DNA of 64,000 bases, taken from Acutalibacteraceae bacterium (lineage in GTDB: Bacteria; Bacillota; Clostridia; Oscillospirales; Acutalibacteraceae). The DNA lies in assembly GCA_045592085.1 (NCBI GenBank), contig JAZNUD010000018.1:5145-69144 (forward strand). The letters run 5' to 3'. The notes beneath the pieces were generated by a model. The model was not told the origin of the DNA, searched no databases, and saw only the letters and a program-made list of their open reading frames with translations. Of this stretch, positions 1 to 8,671 are shown piece after piece; position 1 is the stretch's first letter, and the number at the start of each line of letters is the position of its first letter. The position numbers were made by a program, and so were the translations under genes.

Positions 1-1789
1 TGAAAATAACTCCGCCGAGGCAGTAGTTTGCAAATGCGGTTACGGGCAATGATACAAGCGATAATGCGAGGATGATTTTTATGCTTTTTGAGATGCTTTT
101 GCTTCTGAACAGCACGGGGCTGAGGAAGAGTGAAAGCATAAACGGAACGGCAAACAAGCCGAAGTTTGTGTCTATATATATTGCTTTGCCGTAGTCCGCA
201 ACCCTTGAAAGACTAAGCCCGATATAGGGGAAGAATTCATATGAAACAAACGGCTGAAGGAAATAATGGAATACCGACGAAAAAATTCCGCCTGCAAAAA
301 TCTCATATTTCGATGCGTTTGCAACCGTAAGCTGATAATCGGTGCCGAATTGAAGGGGACTGCCGAAACGGGCATTGTTATACCACAAAGTGAATATAAC
401 AGCCGCAATAACGGGCAACCCGAGAGCCGCCATTTCACCGATGAAAGGTGAAATTTTTTTATCTTTTAACGATTTTACCGTGTATATCACAATAAAGCCT
501 GCAATTGCAAACGATACGGGAAGAACCGCGTTTATTCTTGAAAGGAAAGCGAGTGCAAAACCCGTTCCCGCAAGAAACATAAATACAGTTTTCTTGACTT
601 TTTTATCGTTTTGCAGGGCTTTAAGTATAAAGTATAAAAATGCCGAAAGAAATGCCATTGCCGCAATGCTTGCAATGTAGTAAAAAGCTGCTCTGCCTCG
701 CTGAACAATCAGAACCATACTTGCAAAATATGTTCCGATTCCACACACCGCCGCAATCCAAGGCGGATTTTTGCCTCTGAATTTTACCCATTCAATAACG
801 GCAAGCGGAAGAAAAATTGCCGTGATTATCGAAAAAATACCCATAACGATGCTGTCGCCCGGTATGATTCCGGACACAAGATAAATCGGCATATAAAGTG
901 TGATTATGGGTGCAATTCCGAAATAGGAATAATACTTTCCGTTAAAAAATGCACGGTCAAACATAAACGGAACGCCGTTTCTTTCGCTCGGGCTATATGG
1001 GTTTTCAAGTGCAAGAAGCTCTGCAGAGGGCTGAACATCAATATGAAGCTGCCCCTTCATAAAAGCATCAAACTGCTGAATATACGGCGAATAAGTTTCA
1101 ACCTTACCCTCAAGCGGATAAAGGTAATAACCGCTTCTGCCTTCGGTCAGGCAGAAAAACAGTGTTACGCCGCTCATTATAAGGCAAAGTGTGACCGCAA
1201 CCGTTGATGCCCACGAAAAACTCATTTGTGTTACTGCCTGAGCACCGTTTTTTTGCTTCATTATATATACCAGAGCGATGAGCATAAAAATCACTGCAAA
1301 TCGCAGAAAATTGAAGCTGAGTTTGTATGACGGGTTTATAACAAGCTCGGTTACGGTGAAATCTGTTTTTACATCTTCAAAGGTAATGTCAAGATAGGCT
1401 GCATTTCCGTAAGAACTTATATATTCTGTGATGCGGTGCTCCTGACCGCCGACGGGAATTTTTTCTCTTTTTACAAGAGTTGCAGCTTTTGTGCTGTTTT
1501 CATCTGCAATGTAATACGCCGTTGTAACATATCGGTTATAATCGTCGGGATTATCGGTTTTAACCGTATAGCTGACGGAGTTAATCGGAAAATCCAGTCC
1601 GTCGATTGCAAAGCTTTTGTCGTTTTCCGAAACATTCTTTTCCGTAAACCACGAAGGAGAGTAATCCTTCACTTCGTTGTTGCCTGCAACATAAGAAAAC
1701 CACACAAAGTTTGAAAGCAGAAGCTCTGCCGCAAGTGATATTACGCATATCACGATTACGGGCAGAATTGCTTTAATTTTTGTTTTCAT
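1..1789 (-). CDS. Polytopic membrane protein, GT-C-like glycosyltransferase (partial, runs off window start)
   Basis: Not in the ORF track. Read manually from ATG at 1789 (MKTKIKAILPVIVICVISLAAELL...), open to the window edge; many TM segments with motifs DRAFFNGKYYSYFGIAP, LSRIN and YNNARFGSPLQFG; start overlaps the end of the upstream oxidoreductase. Confidence 0.7.
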   Translation of the reverse strand, partial: MKTKIKAILPVIVICVISLAAELLLSNFVWFSYVAGNNEVKDYSPSWFTEKNVSENDKSFAIDGLDFPINSVSYTVKTDNPDDYNRYVTTAYYIADENSTKAATLVKREKIPVGGQEHRITEYISSYGNAAYLDITFEDVKTDFTVTELVINPSYKLSFNFLRFAVIFMLIALVYIMKQKNGAQAVTQMSFSWASTVAVTLCLIMSGVTLFFCLTEGRSGYYLYPLEGKVETYSPYIQQFDAFMKGQLHIDVQPSAELLALENPYSPSERNGVPFMFDRAFFNGKYYSYFGIAPIITLYMPIYLVSGIIPGDSIVMGIFSIITAIFLPLAVIEWVKFRGKNPPWIAAVCGIGTYFASMVLIVQRGRAAFYYIASIAAMAFLSAFLYFILKALQNDKKVKKTVFMFLAGTGFALAFLSRINAVLPVSFAIAGFIVIYTVKSLKDKKISPFIGEMAALGLPVIAAVIFTLWYNNARFGSPLQFGTDYQLTVANASKYEIFAGGIFSSVFHYFLQPFVSYEFFPYIGLSLSRVADYGKAIYIDTNFGLFAVPFMLSLFLSPVLFRSKSISKSIKIILALSLVSLPVTAFANYCLGGVIF

Positions 1790-3332
1790 CAGAGCTCTCC
1801 TCGTGATATTCCGCCTCGGTGTTTACGCTCCATATGTTCTCCTTGGTCTGCTTGCCGCTGAGAATATTTGAAACCGCTTCAAACGAGGTTGCCATTGAGT
1901 GGTCCATATTGTTATATCTGTGCTGACCGTTTCTGCCTACGCAATAAAGATTGCCGAAGGTGTTGAGATATTCAACAAGCTCATCAATACGGTCATAAGT
2001 GTCAAAATAAGCGGGATATGCCTTCTGCACTCTTTCACGGTGGCTGTCAAGCACCTTGGTATCGGTATCAATAACGCCCATTGTTTTGAGTTCGTTGATT
2101 GCAAAGTCAACGCAGGCTTTTTCGTCCATATTCCAGAAATCATCACCCTCTGCGCAGAAGTATTCAAGACCGACCCATACGGTATTCTGTGCGTCTTTTA
2201 CAAGATAAGGCGACCAGTTGTTGAAAATCTGAATTCTGCCGAGCTTAACGCCTACATCCTGAACGTAAATCCAGCAGTCGGGTACAATGTTGCCGAGAGT
2301 TTTTATGCCGGTTTCGTTCTTGAGATTGAGTTTATCAAGAAGCAGACCGACGGTTACAAAATCTCTGTAAGGCAGACCTTCTGCAATTTCGGCAGGTGCG
2401 GCGGGCACATCTTTACCCATACCGGCAACAAGATCTTTGACGGGCATTGAAGAGATGAAAACATCGCCGTCAAAACTCTCGCCGTCTTCACACTTAACAA
2501 AGTTCACCCTGCCGTCAGAAATGTCAATATCCGTAACTTTTTTGTTATAAAGAATTTTGCCGCCCATTTTCACGAATTCGTCACCGACGGTTTCCCAAAG
2601 CTGACCTGGGCCGTATTTGGGATATACAAACTCTTCAATGAGAGAGGTTTCAACTTTTCTGTTCTTGCCGGGAATGAGTTTTGAAAACACGTCCTTGATA
2701 ACTGCAAGAATTGAAAGACCCTTTACTCGCTGTGCACCCCAATCGGCGGAAATTTCGCTCGGATGCCTGCCCCAGAGCTTTTCGGTATAGCCCTCGAAAA
2801 ACATCGAATAGAGCACCTTGCCGAAGCGGTTGATATAGAAATTCTCAAGCGAGGTTTCCTCTTTTTTGGAAACGGTTGATTTGAGGTAGCTGAAGCCGGC
2901 CTTTACCGTTCTCGGAAGTCCCATATTAATGAACGTCTGAGGCTTCATCGAAATGGGATAATCAAAGAATTTATTTAGATAATAAATTCTTGAAATTCTG
3001 CGGCGGATAAGCATAACCCTGTCTTCTTTTTCGGGATCGGGTCCGCCTGCGGCAAGGTCTTTTTCTCTGCCGAGGATTTTATCGTCGAATGACGGAGCAC
3101 CCTGAGTGGGCATCAGATTTTCCCAGAATGCCGTGACCGCCTTATCCTTTGAGAAGAAGCGGTGTCCGCCGATATCCATACGGTTGCCGTTGTAGCGTAC
3201 CGTTCTTGAAATACCGCCGAGCGTGTCGCTCTGCTCAAGAATAATAACCTCATATTCGTTTGACTTTTTAAGAAGCTCGTATCCTGCAGTCAGACCTGCG
3301 GGACCGCCGCCGATAATAATACACTTTTTCAT
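1773..3332 (-). CDS. NAD(P)/FAD-dependent oxidoreductase (protoporphyrinogen oxidase/UDP-galactopyranose mutase-like family)
   Basis: Rossmann motif IIGGGPAGL, GGISRT, DIGGHRFFSK and C-terminal GRNGQHRYNNMDHS; start set at MKKCIII (GGGGA RBS-like sequence). Confidence 0.85.
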   Translation of the reverse strand: MKKCIIIGGGPAGLTAGYELLKKSNEYEVIILEQSDTLGGISRTVRYNGNRMDIGGHRFFSKDKAVTAFWENLMPTQGAPSFDDKILGREKDLAAGGPDPEKEDRVMLIRRRISRIYYLNKFFDYPISMKPQTFINMGLPRTVKAGFSYLKSTVSKKEETSLENFYINRFGKVLYSMFFEGYTEKLWGRHPSEISADWGAQRVKGLSILAVIKDVFSKLIPGKNRKVETSLIEEFVYPKYGPGQLWETVGDEFVKMGGKILYNKKVTDIDISDGRVNFVKCEDGESFDGDVFISSMPVKDLVAGMGKDVPAAPAEIAEGLPYRDFVTVGLLLDKLNLKNETGIKTLGNIVPDCWIYVQDVGVKLGRIQIFNNWSPYLVKDAQNTVWVGLEYFCAEGDDFWNMDEKACVDFAINELKTMGVIDTDTKVLDSHRERVQKAYPAYFDTYDRIDELVEYLNTFGNLYCVGRNGQHRYNNMDHSMATSFEAVSNILSGKQTKENIWSVNTEAEYHEESSDENKN

Positions 3333-3585
3333 AATATCCCCCATTATGAATTTATTACGGTTCACATTATATCACAGCAATTATGAAAAAACAATTAAAA
3401 AAACATTATAAAAATATTAAGAATCAAAACCATATTTATTCCGTCTTTTATATTAGTCGCATTATCGGGCAAAAACTCTCACCGAACCTGAAAAATTTCA
3501 AATATTGTATTTTTTTCGCAGGTGTGATAAAATAATATAGACCAAAGGCGAAACTGTCTGTTTTTGACGGATCGGGTGATATTTT

Positions 3586-4746
3586 ATGGAAAAAAACAAG
3601 AAAAAATCAAAGAAAAAAACGGTGATTCTTCTGTGTCTGCTGATTCCGTTTGTGCTTGTAACGGGAACGCTTGCAGGCATATTTTTGCCGTTGATTATCA
3701 GCTATAACAAAAACGCTTACCACGAGGTTGATATTGTTGAACGCAGTGAAGAATACGTTATGCCTGAAACCGATTCTCAGCCCTCGCATCTGGCTGATGT
3801 GACGCTTCACGATGACGAGCTCGGCAGAGACCTGTCGGCAACCCTGCCCAATAACGTCAATCAGGGCGGCGGCAACGCTGTGAAGGATAATTTAGACCGC
3901 AACGCATCCTTCGGCAGGAACGAAAACGTAATAAGCGTTTACGGCAAAACACCCATATATAAAGTACCGAAAAAGGATCCCGATATTGAAAATATCCTCA
4001 TTCTCGGTACGGATTCAAGAGACGTTACCAGAGAAAGAGGCAGAAGCGACTCGATAATCATAATGTCCTATAACAGAAGAACGGGCTCAATCAAGATGAC
4101 CTCGATTCTGCGTGACTCCCTTGTACCGATTGAAAACCGTGGATGGAACAGAATCAACGCCGCATATTCCTTTGACGGTGTCGGTCTTGCAATTAACACA
4201 ATCAATGAAATTTTTGACCTCGATATCCAGAGATTTGTTGTTGTTGATTTCAACGGCGTAACCGATTTTATTGACAAGATCGGCGGTCTGACAATCAATC
4301 TCACGAAAAAGGAAGCGGAATATCTTCTTAACAAGTCCGGCGGCAAGGGATACCAGTTCCATGAGGGTGCGAATTTTATGAATGGCGACAGAACGCTCAA
4401 TTATATGCGAATCCGTAAAATCGACAGCGACTTTTACCGTGCAGGCCGTCAGAGAAAGGTTATCGAGCTTGTTGCAAACAAGATTATCAAGGAAAAGAGT
4501 ATTGCCGAAATTTATGAGCTGACAGAGTTTGCATTCTCGCTTGTCAAGACGAATATTTCATTCGGTGAGCTGTCGTCGGTTATCGGCTCGATTGCCACGA
4601 AGGCGGCAGGCAGAAGCATTTCGATGGAATCGCAGACCGTGCCCTATCCCGACGATTCGGTAAACAAATATTATAACGGTATGGCTATCAAATCCTTCGA
4701 TATCGACAATGCCGCCGTACGAATCAACAAATTCATTTACGGATAA
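3586..4746 (+). CDS. LytR-CpsA-Psr (LCP) family glycopolymer-peptidoglycan ligase
   Basis: N-terminal basic stretch plus TM; NILILGTD, GRSDSII, SILRDS, RINAAY, YMRIRKIDSDFYRAGRQR motifs. Confidence 0.92.
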   Translation: MEKNKKKSKKKTVILLCLLIPFVLVTGTLAGIFLPLIISYNKNAYHEVDIVERSEEYVMPETDSQPSHLADVTLHDDELGRDLSATLPNNVNQGGGNAVKDNLDRNASFGRNENVISVYGKTPIYKVPKKDPDIENILILGTDSRDVTRERGRSDSIIIMSYNRRTGSIKMTSILRDSLVPIENRGWNRINAAYSFDGVGLAINTINEIFDLDIQRFVVVDFNGVTDFIDKIGGLTINLTKKEAEYLLNKSGGKGYQFHEGANFMNGDRTLNYMRIRKIDSDFYRAGRQRKVIELVANKIIKEKSIAEIYELTEFAFSLVKTNISFGELSSVIGSIATKAAGRSISMESQTVPYPDDSVNKYYNGMAIKSFDIDNAAVRINKFIYG

Positions 4747-4761
4747 AGAATTTTTTGCTGC

Positions 4762-4798
4762 GGAGACACCCCGGGAAACGGACGGTGTCTCCTTTTTT
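4762..4798 (+). terminator. Intrinsic terminator after LCP gene
   Basis: GGAGACACC...GGTGTCTCC stem followed by T6. Confidence 0.8.
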
Positions 4799-4888
4799 AT
4801 CAACATGACGTAATTTTATTTTGGATAACTATTGATAAAAAGGAAATGCATCGCTATAATATCGTTGAATTCTTTCAAGGAGAGGCTT

Positions 4889-6136
4889 ATGGATACCAAT
4901 AAATTCAAGCGCACGAAATTTGCGTGTTACTCGGCATATTTCACAATGTCATCGATATTTTCCCTGCCGCCGCTGCTCTTTGCAACGCTTCAGGATATGT
5001 ACGGAATTTCATATACTCTGCTCGGCACACTGGTGCTGACAAACTTCTGCACCCAGCTTACGGTTGACCTGATTTTTACCGTATTTTCAAAGCATTTCAA
5101 CGTCGGCAAGGTTGTTAAGGTGATGCCGCTGATAACCTCGGCAGGTATGGCTATTTACGCTTTTTCGCCCGTTGTTTTTCCGCAGAATACATACGTCGGT
5201 CTGCTCATCGGTACAGTGCTTTTCTCGGTTTCCGCAGGACTTTCGGAGGTGCTTTTAAGCCCCGTTATTGCGGCGATACCCTCGGATAATCCACAGAAGG
5301 ATATGAGCCTGCTGCATTCGCTTTACGCATTCGGCGTTTTTACCGTTGTTGTTATCAGCACGCTGTTTCTTCGTATCTTCGGAGCGCATAACTGGATGTA
5401 TCTCACCCTTTTCTGGGCGGCGCTTCCGATAATTTCGTCGGTACTGTTTATGGTTTCGCCTATGCCTGATATGACCCCTGACGAAAACGGAGAGGGCACA
5501 AAGGGTACGAAGCGCAGGGCCCTTGCTCTTGCGCTGTGCGTCGGCTCGATTTTCTTCGGAAGCTGTGCCGAAAACTCAATGTCAAACTGGGTTTCAACAT
5601 TTATGGAAAACGCTTTGCATATCGATAAAACGCTTGGCGATATCCTCGGAATGGCGATGTTTGCGATTCTTCTCGGCGTGGCAAGAATAAGCTATGCAAA
5701 ATTCGGCAAAAACATAATGAGAGTCCTTCTCGGCGGTATGGCAGGCGCGGCAGTGTGCTACCTTGTCGCAGGTCTTTCAACAAACGTTGCGCTTGTTTTT
5801 GCGGCGTGTATTCTGACGGGATTTTTCACCGCCATGCTCTGGCCGGGTACGCTGATTATGATGGAAGAGAATCTTCCCGGGCTTGGTGTCGCGGCATATG
5901 CGCTGATGGCTTCAAGCGGCGACCTCGGAGCTTCAGTTGCGCCGCAGCTTCTCGGAATCGTTGTCGATAAGGTCAAGGAAACCGCCTTTGCCGCCGACCT
6001 CGGAGCAAAGCTCGGTCTTGCGGCAGAGCAAATCGGTCTCAAGGCGGGAATGCTCGTCATTTCGGTTTTTCCGATTCTCGGTACGGCGCTGCTGATTTTT
6101 GCAATCGGCTATTTCAAAAGGCAGAAAAAAGCATAA
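4889..6136 (+). CDS. MFS transporter (FucP-like sugar permease)
   Basis: About 12 hydrophobic segments; MSLLHSLYAFG and CAENSMSNW motifs; AGGAGAGG RBS before ATG 4889. Confidence 0.85.
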   Translation: MDTNKFKRTKFACYSAYFTMSSIFSLPPLLFATLQDMYGISYTLLGTLVLTNFCTQLTVDLIFTVFSKHFNVGKVVKVMPLITSAGMAIYAFSPVVFPQNTYVGLLIGTVLFSVSAGLSEVLLSPVIAAIPSDNPQKDMSLLHSLYAFGVFTVVVISTLFLRIFGAHNWMYLTLFWAALPIISSVLFMVSPMPDMTPDENGEGTKGTKRRALALALCVGSIFFGSCAENSMSNWVSTFMENALHIDKTLGDILGMAMFAILLGVARISYAKFGKNIMRVLLGGMAGAAVCYLVAGLSTNVALVFAACILTGFFTAMLWPGTLIMMEENLPGLGVAAYALMASSGDLGASVAPQLLGIVVDKVKETAFAADLGAKLGLAAEQIGLKAGMLVISVFPILGTALLIFAIGYFKRQKKA

Positions 6137-6186
6137 TTCACAAAAACGCCACCTGCGTCATACAATATGTTTATCAAATATATTTG

Positions 6187-6215
6187 TTGACAACGCAAAG
6201 GTTTTTTGTTATAAT
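6187..6215 (+). promoter_or_regulatory. Sigma-A promoter for the T-box/aspS-gat operon
   Basis: TTGACA-17 nt-TATAAT perfect consensus. Confidence 0.9.
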
Positions 6216-6221
6216 TTCTCC

Positions 6222-6448
6222 CGAGTGAAGACCCGTCTTTCACGGAAAGTCTGTCAGAGAGAGCGCATCATGGGCTGAAAGTGCGCTTGAGATGAGTATT
6301 AAGAACGGCAACACTTCACAGGTTAACCCACAATTCAATAAAAAAGAGGATACAGTTTTTCTGTGTCAATAACGGGTGGCACCGCGGGTTATTTATGATT
6401 ACTCGTCCCGGGAATTGCATTTTCGCAGTTCCCGGGATTTTTGTTTTT
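6222..6448 (+). ncRNA. T-box riboswitch leader, probably Asn (AAC) specifier
   Basis: Stem I closed by GTGAAG/CTTCAC with AGAGA and GCTG boxes; AAC at 6310-6312 before ACTTC; T-box AATAACGGGTGGCACCGCG at 6368-6386; terminator TCCCGGGAATTGC...GCAGTTCCCGGGA followed by a T-tract. Confidence 0.9.
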
Positions 6449-6551
6449 GATGAAGAAGCCCTGATTATCAATGGGTGTGGGCAACGCCCACCCTTAACTC
6501 TTCACTATTCACTTTTCACTGTTCATTAACCATGTAATGGAGGTATATATT

Positions 6552-8660
6552 ATGTACAGAACTCACCGTTGCAATGAAATAAGAGAGGCTCATATCGGGC
6601 AGACCGTTGAGCTTGCAGGCTGGGTTGACGTTGTTCGTGACCACGGCGGCGTTCTCTTTGTTGACCTTCGCGACGAGACGGGCGTGACTCAGGTTGTCGT
6701 TCACGATGAAACCCTGCTCAAGGGTGTGAGCAAGGAGACCGTAATTTCCGTTAAGGGTACGGTTACAAAGCGTGACGAAAACACCGTCAACCCCAAAATC
6801 GATACGGGTCTTGTTGAGCTTGTTGCGGATACTCTCAGCGTGCTTGGCACCTGCACAAGAGAGCTTCCCTTTGAAGTCGGCTCAAACGACACCAATGAAA
6901 ATCTCCGTCTCAAGCACAGATTCCTCGACCTGAGAAATCCTGCGCTTCACAACAACATCATCCTTCGCTCGAAGGTAATCGGTCATATGAGAAGGCTGAT
7001 GGAGGAGAGAGGCTTCCTCGATATCCAGACCCCCATCCTGACTGCTTCTTCTCCTGAAGGCGCAAGAGACTTCCTTGTTCCCAGCCGTAAGCATCCGGGC
7101 AAATTCTATGCTCTTCCGCAGGCACCCCAGCAGTTCAAGCAGCTGCTGATGGTTTCCGGCTTTGATAAGTATTATCAGATTGCTCCCTGCTTCAGAGACG
7201 AGGATGCACGTGCCGACCGTTCCCCCGGCGAATTCTATCAGCTCGACTTTGAAATGGCTTTCTCAACCCAGGACGAGGTCCTTGAGGTCTGCGAAAGCGT
7301 TGTCAGCGATATTTTTAAGACATTCTCCGACAAGAAGGTTACCGAGTCACCCTTCAGACGCATTCCCTATGCCGAATCGATGGCAAAGTACGGCTCGGAT
7401 AAGCCTGACCTTCGCAACCCTCTCATCATCTGCGACCTGACCGATATGTTTAAGAGGGTCAAGTTCAAGCCCTTTATGAATAAGTACGTCAGAGCAATCG
7501 TTGCTCCCTGCAAGAATGAAAGATGGTTCTTTGATAAGTCACTTGCATTCGCAACAAAGCAGGCAAAGATGGCAGGTCTTGCTCATATCACTCTGCTTGA
7601 TGCCGCAAATTACGGCTTCAAGGATGACCCCATCAGCAAGGTTATGACAGAGGAAGAAAAGCGTGAAATCGTTGAGCTTACGGGCGTTAAGGAAGGCGAA
7701 ACAATCTTCTTTATCTGCGATGGCGTTTCCGACGTTGCCGATAAGAATGCAGGCGTTGTCCGCACCTGGCTCGGCGAAGAGCTCGGACTCATCAACAAGG
7801 ATTCGTTTGAATTCTGCTTCGTTGTTGATTTCCCGATGTACGAAAGAGACGAAACAACCGATAAGATTATCTTCACACATAACCCCTTCTCAATGCCCCA
7901 GGGCGGTCTTGAGGCTCTTGAAACAATGGACCCCTGCGAGATTCTCGCATATCAGTATGACCTTGTCTGCAACGGCATTGAGCTTGCATCGGGTGCAGTG
8001 CGTAACCACAGCCCCGAGATTATGAGAAAGGCGTTCGAAATCGCAGGCTACAGCGAGGAAGAGGTTGAAAAGAGATTCAGCGCTCTTTATAATGCATTTC
8101 AGTTCGGTGCACCGCCTCACGCAGGTATGGCTCCCGGCGTTGACAGAATCGTTATGCTTCTTGCTGATACCGAAACAATCCGTGACGTTATCGCATTCCC
8201 GCTTGACGGTACGGCTCAGGACCAGATGCTCGGCGCACCCGGCGTTGTTACAGAGCTTCAGCTCTTCGAGGCAAACGTTGCAATCCGCGGCAAGGGCGGT
8301 GCAGTTGAGGTTTCGGGCACAGAGGGAGATGCTTCCGCATTTGCCGCAACCGTCAGCTCCGCAAAGGGCGGCACAATGACCAAAGAAAAGTGGCTCGGCG
8401 AGCTTGAGAGCGTCAACGAGCTTGCGTTCTCTGCAGACGAAAAGAAGAGAATGCAGAAGCTCCTCGATATGATGGCAGGCAACGAGGCCGAGCTTGAAAA
8501 GACCGAAACAGACGGCGTTGAAGCAATGGTTTACGTTATGCCTATGACCAACGTTCTGCGTAACGACGGCAGAAATCAGCCTTTTGCACGCAAAGACCTG
8601 CTTGAAGGCGCTCCCCAGAGCACTGAGGACAGCTGGCAGGTTCCCAGACTTGTAAAGTGA
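6552..8660 (+). CDS. aspS: Non-discriminating aspartyl-tRNA synthetase with C-terminal fused GatC domain
   Basis: MYRTH start, RDHGG, EGARDF, YALPQAPQQFKQLLM, CFRDEDARADR and GAPPHAGMAPGVDR motifs; the last 94 aa (8376-8660) are GatC-like (TNVLRND...LLEGAP...WQVPRLVK); GGAGG RBS. Confidence 0.93.
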   Translation: MYRTHRCNEIREAHIGQTVELAGWVDVVRDHGGVLFVDLRDETGVTQVVVHDETLLKGVSKETVISVKGTVTKRDENTVNPKIDTGLVELVADTLSVLGTCTRELPFEVGSNDTNENLRLKHRFLDLRNPALHNNIILRSKVIGHMRRLMEERGFLDIQTPILTASSPEGARDFLVPSRKHPGKFYALPQAPQQFKQLLMVSGFDKYYQIAPCFRDEDARADRSPGEFYQLDFEMAFSTQDEVLEVCESVVSDIFKTFSDKKVTESPFRRIPYAESMAKYGSDKPDLRNPLIICDLTDMFKRVKFKPFMNKYVRAIVAPCKNERWFFDKSLAFATKQAKMAGLAHITLLDAANYGFKDDPISKVMTEEEKREIVELTGVKEGETIFFICDGVSDVADKNAGVVRTWLGEELGLINKDSFEFCFVVDFPMYERDETTDKIIFTHNPFSMPQGGLEALETMDPCEILAYQYDLVCNGIELASGAVRNHSPEIMRKAFEIAGYSEEEVEKRFSALYNAFQFGAPPHAGMAPGVDRIVMLLADTETIRDVIAFPLDGTAQDQMLGAPGVVTELQLFEANVAIRGKGGAVEVSGTEGDASAFAATVSSAKGGTMTKEKWLGELESVNELAFSADEKKRMQKLLDMMAGNEAELEKTETDGVEAMVYVMPMTNVLRNDGRNQPFARKDLLEGAPQSTEDSWQVPRLVK

Positions 8661-8671
8661 GGTGCAGATAA

